From contig JBBISL010000006.1 in assembly GCA_037441285.1 (NCBI GenBank), forward strand, positions 1-64,000: a DNA stretch of 64,000 bases. The letters are read 5' to 3'. Below the pieces are notes generated by a model. It did not search any database. It saw only the letters and a program-made list of their open reading frames with translations, and was not told where the DNA came from. Shown one piece after another: positions 50,292 to 58,541 of this stretch (position 1 is the first letter of the stretch; each line of letters starts with the position of its first letter). The stretch comes from a candidate division WOR-3 bacterium. Lineage in GTDB: Bacteria; Hydrothermota; Tepidihabitantia; Tepidihabitantales; Tepidihabitantaceae. The translations under genes and the position numbers were made by a program.

Positions 50292-51656
50292 TTACCTGCC
50301 ACCGACAATGACATTTTTGATTCGAATATGAGGCGCGCCCGTGCCCACGGGCAAAGGCGATTGTCCTGACTTACCACACCCGCCCAGCCCGCCGTGAATC
50401 ACAAGGTCGTTGCCAATCGCATCAATGTTTTTCATCGTTTCAAACACATTGCCGGAAAGGGTGACATCGCGCACCATCTTTGTCAATTTGCCTTTCTCGA
50501 TTAAATAGGCGTACTGGGAGGAAAAGGTAAATGCCTCAAGTTCAGTCATTCCACCCCGGCTGCCAACAACATAAAGTCCCGAATCGATTTCACCCAGCAT
50601 CTCATCCAGCCTTTTGTCCCGGGGCTCAATATAAGTGTTGCTCATCCGCACGATGGGTGCAAATCGGTAAGAAACCGCCCGGCAGTTGCCGGTCATTTCT
50701 TCACCCATCTGCTGTGCGGTCTGCCGGCTATGCAGATGACCGACCAGAATGCCGTGCCGGACCAGTTCGGTGCGCTGCGCCGGTGTTCCCTCTTCATCAA
50801 AATGGTAACTTCCCCTTTCCTCGGGCAGGGTGGCATCATCCACAATCGACAACTGCTCAGCCCCAAACCGGGCGCCAATTTTCATCTTTTCCCGCAACCG
50901 CTCATTTTCCGCGATGAAATCGGCTTCACTCATATGACCAAACGCCTCGTGCACAAACACCCCGCCCAAAAGCGGGTCAATGACCACGGTGTACTTGCCC
51001 GCCTTCACCGGTTCGGCTTGAAGCAGGTCTAATGTAATCTTCGCCACCTTTTCCAGCCGCGCCTCCTGATTACGCAGCGCGGCAAAACCCTGACATTTAC
51101 CAAAACTCTCGCCGTAACTTTGAATGTTGGTACCGTCCCGGGCAACGGCGCGACAGGCAACTCCGGTGTAAACCTGCTCCTGCTCAATATAACGGTCCTC
51201 GGTTGAATAGAAGTAAGTCACCCGATGCAGGTCATGATAAGCCGAGACCGTGGTTACAATCCCGGGCGTTTGCAACAGAATCGCATTGTAATTTTTTATC
51301 AGGTCGTGCTTTTCGGCAAGCGCCACCTTGCGCGGGTCGCACTGTTTGGGCAATCGAATGCGCTGTTCCAGCGCCGGCAGCAATACCAAACCACCTTCGC
51401 GCCGGGGCAGCGCCAGCGCCTGCAACGCCAGTTCGTCTGCCAGCTCCTTTAAACTTTCATCAATGGTGTTAAATGTTGCGGTAACCCAGTTTCCCTGATG
51501 AAAAACCCGGAGGCAGCCGCCTCGCTCAAAACTGGTTCCAATCCGGTCCAGCTCCTTGCCCAGATAGACCACCTGGGTTGACTCGCTCTCTTCAACCCGA
51601 ATGTCAGCGTAGTCAACGGTCAAACCGAATAGAATATTATTAAGAAACTGTTTCAT
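50292..51656 (-). CDS. tldD: TldD metalloprotease
   Basis: HEAFGHMSEAD, FDEEG, RMSNT, CGKSGQ..PV..G.PH. Confidence 0.92.
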   Translation of the reverse strand: MKQFLNNILFGLTVDYADIRVEESESTQVVYLGKELDRIGTSFERGGCLRVFHQGNWVTATFNTIDESLKELADELALQALALPRREGGLVLLPALEQRIRLPKQCDPRKVALAEKHDLIKNYNAILLQTPGIVTTVSAYHDLHRVTYFYSTEDRYIEQEQVYTGVACRAVARDGTNIQSYGESFGKCQGFAALRNQEARLEKVAKITLDLLQAEPVKAGKYTVVIDPLLGGVFVHEAFGHMSEADFIAENERLREKMKIGARFGAEQLSIVDDATLPEERGSYHFDEEGTPAQRTELVRHGILVGHLHSRQTAQQMGEEMTGNCRAVSYRFAPIVRMSNTYIEPRDKRLDEMLGEIDSGLYVVGSRGGMTELEAFTFSSQYAYLIEKGKLTKMVRDVTLSGNVFETMKNIDAIGNDLVIHGGLGGCGKSGQSPLPVGTGAPHIRIKNVIVGGR

Positions 51657-51733
51657 ACATCAACCCGCTACCTCTTAGCATAAACAGATAAAATGGGTTG
51701 TCAACCAAAAAACTAACCCATTATCCAACCCAT

Positions 51734-51773
51734 AAAAACACTACGGCGTGCCGTGGGCACTGGCACGCCGTAG
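51734..51773 (-). terminator. Rho-independent terminator (minus strand)
   Basis: Minus strand CTACGGCGTGCC..GGCACGCCGTAG-TGTTTTT. Confidence 0.85.
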
Positions 51774-51886
51774 AATTCGGTCCCCATTGAGAGTGCTGGA
51801 CTGGTGAGGCGAGGACCTTGAGCGCGACACCCTCTACAATGCCTCCTCTGGCTCGGTCTAATCTACCCACCCCTTCTCTTATATAT
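51734..51886 (-). ncRNA. Candidate sigma54-dependent small RNA (~150 nt)
   Basis: Lies between a consensus -24/-12 promoter and a strong terminator. Confidence 0.55.
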
Positions 51887-51897
51887 GTATATGAATA

Positions 51898-51912
51898 GCA
51901 AAATTCGTGCCA
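51898..51912 (-). promoter_or_regulatory. Sigma54 (-24/-12) promoter
   Basis: Minus strand TGGCACGAATTTTGC matches TGGCACG-N4-TTGC. Confidence 0.85.
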
Positions 51913-52036
51913 AGAGATATCGCTTTTATAAAATTACAACCCGCCAAAAATTTATAAGTTATAATTTTAACCGCCTATTTGTTGTTTATGACTGCCGTTT
52001 TTTTATGCTGTTGTGCCGTTAAAGTCGTCTATTGGG

Positions 52037-53647
52037 CTAATCTATGTGGTACTGCGCCATCTTTTTGCGCAGTGTGTCCCGGTGTATGCCAAGGAGCCTT
52101 GCCGCTCTGGTCTGGTTGCCGTTTGTTATCTGGAGCGCCTCTTTTATCGCCGCCTTTTCAATCTCGGCGAGTTTTAAACTGCCAACAAGTTTTTCAATCG
52201 ACCCGCTGGCGCTATGGGCTTCGACGCTGGTTTTAATTCTCGGCGGTGAAACCGTTGCCACTGCAGCCGCGGTCTGCCCAACACTCACCGCATCCACATT
52301 TTCGTGCTGAGCCCGCTCGTACGCCCTTTCCATCAGGGCGCGTAAGGTTCGGATATTGCCGTTAAACAGGCTGTTTTCGCCGAGAAGATACTGAATCACT
52401 AAACGACTGAGAAACTTTATTGCCATCGGTTCGACCCTTAACTTTCGCCGATACCAGGGGTCGCGGTTGCGTTCCTCAACAACGAACTCAAAAAACTCGG
52501 CAATATCATCTTCAACCGTAACTGCTGCCTCTGCCTCCCACCGCTCCCTTAGTGAAGGCATCCAGATACACTCCTGAACCATCCGGCTATAGAAGTCGGG
52601 CCGGAACCGTTCCTGTAACTCCTCAAGTTGCCGGTTGGTTGCCGCGACGATTCGAACATCCACCGACCTCTCAACCGAACTACCCAGCCGCTTAATTTTC
52701 CGGTACTCAATAACCCGCAAAAGTTTTAACTGTAACCCCTCGTCAATATCCCCAATCTCATCAAGAAAAACGGTGGAACCGCGTGCCGTTTCAAAAACCC
52801 CGGCTCGTGCTGTTTTCGCATCGGTAAAAGCGCCTTTCTCGTGACCGAAAAGTTCGCTGATAACAAGATTGCGGTCCAGGGCGGTCATATTGAGCGTCAC
52901 CGGCTCCTGCCGGGTAGGTTCGTTCTCAGCATAACGAAAACTCTTGCGATGCAACGCCCGCGCCACCAGCTCCTTACCGGTGCCCGGTTCACCCAGAATC
53001 AGGACATTGCCATCGGTGGCAGCAAGCCGCTCAATCTCATGTGCCAGCCATGCCATCCTCCGGGACTGGCCCACAACCATCATGTGCCTATCGAGCCAGA
53101 CCCGCCGTTCATTTTCATTCAAGGGCCGGAGCGCATAGTTGTCAATCCCGTACAGAACCTCTTCTGCCTGGCCCGTAATGCGCGGGTCACCGGTGGCAAA
53201 GGCAAAGGTGGCGGTCCGGGTGGCGCAGAGGAATCCGGCAAAATCCCGCACCGTCTCGAACTGCTCGGCATCAAGGTTAAAAAGTACCGGTGCCACACCA
53301 TCAACCTGTTCCTGCCGGATGTGCTGAAAGATTATCAGCCCCTGAATCTTCCGGATGTCCGCCAGCACACCAGGTGGACGGGCGCTAATTGAAAACGACA
53401 CCAGTTTTTCGCTGCTTTCTGGTTTGATGCCGGAAAAGTCGACACCAATCACAATCAAAGCCACATACGCGCCCCGATTACGGCTGTACCAGGATTTCAA
53501 CCTTGAAAAACTGTCACAGTACTCAAAATCAAACTCATGCAAAAGCCTGCCGCCCTCGTACCTTTGCGCCGCGGTAATTAGCGACTGAAACTTCTCCTCC
53601 TGGTCATAACAAACTAAAATGACCGGCTTTTTTCTCACCGAACTCAT
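52037..53647 (-). CDS. Sigma54-dependent enhancer-binding transcriptional activator (AAA+ and Fis HTH)
   Basis: [45 protein letters not shown]-terminal domain not recognised. Confidence 0.92.
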   Translation of the reverse strand: MSSVRKKPVILVCYDQEEKFQSLITAAQRYEGGRLLHEFDFEYCDSFSRLKSWYSRNRGAYVALIVIGVDFSGIKPESSEKLVSFSISARPPGVLADIRKIQGLIIFQHIRQEQVDGVAPVLFNLDAEQFETVRDFAGFLCATRTATFAFATGDPRITGQAEEVLYGIDNYALRPLNENERRVWLDRHMMVVGQSRRMAWLAHEIERLAATDGNVLILGEPGTGKELVARALHRKSFRYAENEPTRQEPVTLNMTALDRNLVISELFGHEKGAFTDAKTARAGVFETARGSTVFLDEIGDIDEGLQLKLLRVIEYRKIKRLGSSVERSVDVRIVAATNRQLEELQERFRPDFYSRMVQECIWMPSLRERWEAEAAVTVEDDIAEFFEFVVEERNRDPWYRRKLRVEPMAIKFLSRLVIQYLLGENSLFNGNIRTLRALMERAYERAQHENVDAVSVGQTAAAVATVSPPRIKTSVEAHSASGSIEKLVGSLKLAEIEKAAIKEALQITNGNQTRAARLLGIHRDTLRKKMAQYHID

Positions 53648-53821
53648 ATATCACAAATTATAACCGCCGATAAATTCAAGGCAAGGGTTTTGTTATTGCC
53701 GATTTTTTCGCCAGAACCGGACAGCAATGCTGGTTGACCCTCACCGTTAGGTCTTAGACATCTTCCCCAATACAATCTCCTCACCGGTGTTGACATCGGA
53801 TTCAACTCGTTGTTTACTTTT

Positions 53822-55234
53822 ATGTTGATTCTTCTCAGCACCATCTGCCTGTTTTTCTATTTCTCCAGACCGGGGTTAGCGGTTTTACCCGAGCGGGGAA
53901 CCGTAGCCGCAACGCCGGAAATATCTTCCATACCGACCGACCTTGCGTTTTCTTCACCCATCCTGATTGACAGTTCGGTCTTGACCGCGTTTGGTGCCAC
54001 ACTTGACGCCACTGAGCAGCTCTGGGCTGCGACGAGCACCCCGGATGGCAAACTGACGCTTTACCGTTCCCAAACTCCGGGAAACCTCTGGGAAGGTGTT
54101 TTGACCGTCAACCTCAACCAGCCCGCCCGGTTAATTGAACTGGTTGTACCAACCGTACCCGCACCCCTGTTCATATTTTACCGGACCGAAGAAAATCACG
54201 GCGACCTCTACCTTCTTCGTTTTGACCCGGCAACCGGGGACAGTCAAATAGTCCCATTAGCCGTTGGTCCGGATACGGTTGACGACTTTTCGGCAACCGT
54301 TGACCCGGACTCTAACTACTATCTATACCTCCTTTATGTGAACGAGCATCGGACCGGCTTAAATGGCTATTTTACTCGTTCCCTTGATGGTGGCAGAACC
54401 TGGGAAGGGCGCCAGCCCTTCTGGAACTGTTTTGACCCGGCACTTTCATTTGGCACCGGCTCACTTCTCCACTGCATCTGGCGCTACGCCCTCACCGGCC
54501 GGGAAATCCATTATGCCGCCAACCGCTACTACGGCGCTGCTGGCCGCTGGTCCGGTCTGTACACCCTGAAATCGGGCAGCGAAAGGTGCTTTGACCCGGT
54601 TATCGCTCAGGCGCCGGTTATACCGTACTGGCGGGCAGTGGTCTGGGCTTTTTGGACCGTGGCGCGCCGCGACACCGAGATGCTGGATATTGAATACACG
54701 CTCTCAACCGATGGCGGCCGTTCCTGGGGATCTCCGGTCAACCCCGGCGAACTGTTTGTGGACGAATGGTTTCCCGACCTCACCACCGCCACGGGCAGCG
54801 CCGAACTTTGCTACAACGCCGGTGCCCGTAACGAAAATGCGGCCACCGTGCTGTACTGGCAAACCAGCCGCTCTTATGCACCGCAACTGTGGTCATCACC
54901 AACCCGGGTCAACGCCCCAAGGCTCAACACCCGGATTCAGGGCGCCCGCCCCCGCCTGATACCCCTGTCCCGGAATAAACCGTGCCTTCCTGGTGTTTTC
55001 TTCAGCCTTTACGATTCGGCCGGCGCCCGCGGCCTTTACTTCTCCCCGGTGCTCGGCAAAACCAAATCCAGCCCGATGCCCGCTCCAACCGTGCGGCATC
55101 GTGGAGTTGAAGCCGGTGCCGACCTGTTTGATGTTGCCGGCAGAAAAGTAAGGTCGCCTTCTTTACAAAACCGGCTTGGCATCTTTTTCCAGCGCTCCGG
55201 CACCACCCTGAAGAAAATTGTCATATCAAGATAA
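53822..55234 (+). CDS. Secreted BNR/sialidase-like protein with a short T9SS-like tail
   Basis: SLDGGRTW, STDGGRSW; FDVAGRKV..GIFF..KIV. Confidence 0.65.
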   Translation: MLILLSTICLFFYFSRPGLAVLPERGTVAATPEISSIPTDLAFSSPILIDSSVLTAFGATLDATEQLWAATSTPDGKLTLYRSQTPGNLWEGVLTVNLNQPARLIELVVPTVPAPLFIFYRTEENHGDLYLLRFDPATGDSQIVPLAVGPDTVDDFSATVDPDSNYYLYLLYVNEHRTGLNGYFTRSLDGGRTWEGRQPFWNCFDPALSFGTGSLLHCIWRYALTGREIHYAANRYYGAAGRWSGLYTLKSGSERCFDPVIAQAPVIPYWRAVVWAFWTVARRDTEMLDIEYTLSTDGGRSWGSPVNPGELFVDEWFPDLTTATGSAELCYNAGARNENAATVLYWQTSRSYAPQLWSSPTRVNAPRLNTRIQGARPRLIPLSRNKPCLPGVFFSLYDSAGARGLYFSPVLGKTKSSPMPAPTVRHRGVEAGADLFDVAGRKVRSPSLQNRLGIFFQRSGTTLKKIVISR

Positions 55235-55347
55235 AATCGCGCTTGGGCACGGAAAACAGTTATACCCTTAACCTCACCTCTAATTAGCCGGGCGGATTAA
55301 TAACACCTGCCCCTCTGAAACAAAAAACCCGAACGCACCGTCTTCTG

Positions 55348-55475
55348 ATTTCCCATACCATCCCCCTAACAGCCCCGGGGTTGGCTATGGATTTTTCTGA
55401 CTTTTTGCCCAACTATTTAAAAACTGGCGCGTTATGCCCAAAAATGTTTTCCGCCCCGTTATACTTTAAAGTATA
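55348..55475. repeat. Dispersed intergenic element, copy 2
   Basis: Same blocks and spacing (within 1 nt) as 34538-34666. Confidence 0.85.
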
Positions 55476-55606
55476 AAGCCAAACCCAAGCACCCGCACCA
55501 ACCAAACAGATTTCTGGTTAAGCGCACCACCCGCGCCAGCGGGTTGACTTGAACCCGCGCTCTGCTATCATATTTTATTAACAACTTAACCCGAAAGGAG
55601 TATAAG

Positions 55607-57169
55607 ATGCGTCAAGGACGCTTGGTCTTTTTGCTTGGTTTTGCCTTTTCTGTTTTAATTGGCAAGGAGTTGCTGCTGCGCGTTGACAAGCCCGCTGCCG
55701 ACCTTTTGTCACGCGCCCTGCCGGTGGTTGCCGAGTTTGAGGGCTACTCCCTTGTCTGCGGTTCTGAGGCGGATTATGCCGCACTTCAGCACGAGGGCGT
55801 GCGCTGTGAACTGTTGACCGAAAACCCCCACGCCCAAACGATTTTCTATATTCAGACCCCACCCGACTTTGACCGGAGTTTGCTTGAGAAACTGGGCACG
55901 GTGCTCACCACCGACCCGGCCGGCGTTGTCCTCGCCACGACTGAAGACAACCTGTTAGCGCTCAACCGCCTGCCGGTTGAACTGACGCGCCTCAACCTGG
56001 AACCGCTGAAACCAACCGCCGGTTTAACACCCCGGCCTGTCCCCTATCCCGTGTCGGAAAGCCTTGTTCAGGAAATTGTGTCAAGGGTTGACGCCGATTC
56101 GGTTTTGGGCACAATCCGGCGCCTGCAGAATTTTTACACCCGTTATTCAACAACCGACTCCTGTCGGGCCGCGGTCGCCTGGATGGGTGAAAAACTCGCG
56201 TATTACAACTGCGACTCGGTTGCCTTTGACACCTTCCTGCCCAGTTATGCGCCCAATGTCATTGGCGTCAAGTTTGGGCGGGAGAACCCACGCCCGATTT
56301 ACATCATCTGTGGCCATATCGACAACACCTCGGACTACGCACCGAACCACTGCCCGGGCTCGGACGACAACGCCAGCGGCACCAGCGCGGTGTTAGAGGC
56401 GGCGCGGGTGTTTCAGGACATCGACTTCGCCTCCACGGTCTACTTTATTGGCTTTGCCGGTGAAGAGCAGGGGCTTTACGGTTCGGACAGTTTTGCCGCC
56501 CGTGCCTATCGCCGGGGCGACTCCATCCGGGCGGTTTTGAACTTTGATATGATATCCTATGGCCGGCAGAACCGTGATACCCTGAGTGTCGTCGGCAAGA
56601 GCTCAAGCCCGAACTGCGCCTGGCTCGTTGACTCTTTTATCGCCAACGCCAATTTGTACACCACCCTGAAAACCCGGCGCCGGCTCGTAACCTCTTACCC
56701 TTCATCCGACCATCACTCCTTCTGGCTCCGCGGCTATGTTGCCCTCTGCGGGATTGAACGCGACTTTACCCCGAAGTACCACACCATCGGTGATACCATT
56801 GGCCCGCTCTATTATGTGGACTGCGGCACCAACAACTGGCTGATGGCGACTGAGGCGATTAAGGCGGCGGTGGCAACAATTGCCAAGATGGCGGGTGCGC
56901 TGCCCCCCGGCACCGGTGTCAAGGAGCGTCCGGCGTCCAAAACCATCACCCCGCTTATAATAACTCCTACGGTCGGCCGGGCACCTTTTAAGATTCAGGC
57001 ATCGGGTGCGGTTGATGTGTTTACGCCGCTTGGTACCCGGGTTGCGCGCCTTGGGGTAAATACACCTTACTGGGACGGTAGAAATGATGCCGGGCAACCG
57101 GTTTCACCGGGTGTTTACCTCGTGCGCAGCGGCACCAGCGGCAGGCGCCGCATCGTTGTCACCCATTGA
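55607..57169 (+). CDS. Secreted M28 zinc aminopeptidase with FlgD/T9SS-like tail (paralogue of 39912-42482)
   Basis: CGHID, GSDDNASG, FAGEEQGL.GS, NFDMI, SDH; WDGRNDAG..PGVY. Confidence 0.9.
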   Translation: MRQGRLVFLLGFAFSVLIGKELLLRVDKPAADLLSRALPVVAEFEGYSLVCGSEADYAALQHEGVRCELLTENPHAQTIFYIQTPPDFDRSLLEKLGTVLTTDPAGVVLATTEDNLLALNRLPVELTRLNLEPLKPTAGLTPRPVPYPVSESLVQEIVSRVDADSVLGTIRRLQNFYTRYSTTDSCRAAVAWMGEKLAYYNCDSVAFDTFLPSYAPNVIGVKFGRENPRPIYIICGHIDNTSDYAPNHCPGSDDNASGTSAVLEAARVFQDIDFASTVYFIGFAGEEQGLYGSDSFAARAYRRGDSIRAVLNFDMISYGRQNRDTLSVVGKSSSPNCAWLVDSFIANANLYTTLKTRRRLVTSYPSSDHHSFWLRGYVALCGIERDFTPKYHTIGDTIGPLYYVDCGTNNWLMATEAIKAAVATIAKMAGALPPGTGVKERPASKTITPLIITPTVGRAPFKIQASGAVDVFTPLGTRVARLGVNTPYWDGRNDAGQPVSPGVYLVRSGTSGRRRIVVTH

Positions 57170-57202
57170 CAAACCGTACCCTTTTATGGAAAATAAATTG
57201 CG

Positions 57203-57331
57203 ATGATTCGTTTCGGGCGCCGGCTTTTCCCAGAACGGCATTACCGGCTGCCGCTCCGCTGGATTTTCTGGGTTCTCTGGGCAGGGATTTTTATCTTTCT
57301 TTTCTGGGTCCTAAAGGTTGTTCTAAAATGA
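57203..57331 (+). CDS. Small (42 aa) single-TM protein, below the ORF-track cutoff
   Basis: MIRFGRRLFPERHYRLPLRWIFWVLWAGIFIFLFWVLKVVLK; follows a TTGACA promoter and ends just before the next RBS. Confidence 0.5.
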   Translation: MIRFGRRLFPERHYRLPLRWIFWVLWAGIFIFLFWVLKVVLK

Positions 57332-57346
57332 AAGGGAGGAAGTAAG

Positions 57347-58504
57347 ATGACCGGTTTGAATTTCAATTACAAAGACATCTTCCGGTCTTTAAGGCTGGGT
57401 TTTTCGGCAAAAAAGGTCGGAATGGTGATGACCGGGCTCCTGTTTGCCTTTGCCGGATACACCTTGCTGACCTATATCGCCCATATCGCTGCGGGTAACG
57501 ACTGGCTTTCAATCTGGGAGACGCAACGCCTTTTACCGTTCCCCAACCCCAACCTGCCATTCCCCTGGTTCTCCTGGGTGATTTACTACGCCGGTATTGT
57601 CTGGTTCCTCATTGTCATGCTCATTACCGGCGCCGCCGTGGCAAAGGTTGCCTATGAGCAGCTGCGGGGCAACGAATTTTTTGAAGCCTCTTCCGGGTTT
57701 CAATTTGCCTTAAAGAACATCCGGGCGCTAATCTCAAGCCCACTCCTAATCATCGCCTTCATCGCACTCATCGTTGTTGCCGGTCTTGTCCTCAGCGCCC
57801 TGGGCGCCATCCCCCATTTCGGTCCCATCTTCACCGGACTTTTGTCCATCGTCGGCTTCTTCGCGGCGCTGTTTATTGTCTATCTTCTCATCGTGCTTCT
57901 CTTCACCCTGTTGTTTGCTCCCGGGGTTGTCGGTGCAATGGGTAACGACACCTTTGACACACTGTTTGAGGTGTTCTCCTGCGTCAACGAACAGCCGGCA
58001 CGCTTGGTCTGGTACACCTTTCTCGTTGCCGTACTTGCCAAAGTCGGCTCCTTTTTACTCGGGCTTGCCTCGAGCCTTGCCGGCCGAATCGGCTCTTTGA
58101 TTTTGAGCACATTTATGGGTGAGCGGTGGGCAGAAATGCTCAGCGGTGCCGAATTCATATTCAAACTGTCAATCCCCAACTGGGGTGTCTTGGCGCCCCT
58201 GCACCGGATGCTTGTTTTTGAAGCCAACCTTTATGGCTTACCACAGGTGTATTCGCCCTCGTACTGGGCAAATCCGGCCTGGAGCAGCGGTATCGGCGCA
58301 ATCCTCCTTGGAATGTGCGGCTACGCCATCGCCTTAATGGTCCTCGCCTATGGGCTTTCGGTCTGGTTTACCGGCACCGTGCTTGCCCTCACCATAATCA
58401 TCAAAAAGAAGGACGACAAAAACATCCTTGAAAAGCCCGAAGATGAAGAAGAGGAAATTATTGAACCGACCGAGCAGACCGAAAAGGCGGCTAATCAGTC
58501 ATAA
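57347..58504 (+). CDS. Multi-pass membrane protein, unknown function
   Basis: RBS GGAGG; several hydrophobic helices; acidic tail. Confidence 0.75.
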   Translation: MTGLNFNYKDIFRSLRLGFSAKKVGMVMTGLLFAFAGYTLLTYIAHIAAGNDWLSIWETQRLLPFPNPNLPFPWFSWVIYYAGIVWFLIVMLITGAAVAKVAYEQLRGNEFFEASSGFQFALKNIRALISSPLLIIAFIALIVVAGLVLSALGAIPHFGPIFTGLLSIVGFFAALFIVYLLIVLLFTLLFAPGVVGAMGNDTFDTLFEVFSCVNEQPARLVWYTFLVAVLAKVGSFLLGLASSLAGRIGSLILSTFMGERWAEMLSGAEFIFKLSIPNWGVLAPLHRMLVFEANLYGLPQVYSPSYWANPAWSSGIGAILLGMCGYAIALMVLAYGLSVWFTGTVLALTIIIKKKDDKNILEKPEDEEEEIIEPTEQTEKAANQS

Positions 58505-58541
58505 CTTATTGTAAATCAATAACTTAATAAAGCCAGCACCG

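Noticed and set aside
51741..51830. 29-aa GTG-start peptide (MSRSRSSPHQ...) as a TldD/E-processed RiPP precursor
   Set aside because: Poor SD spacing, it runs through the terminator stem, and no modifying enzymes are nearby; an sRNA is the simpler reading.
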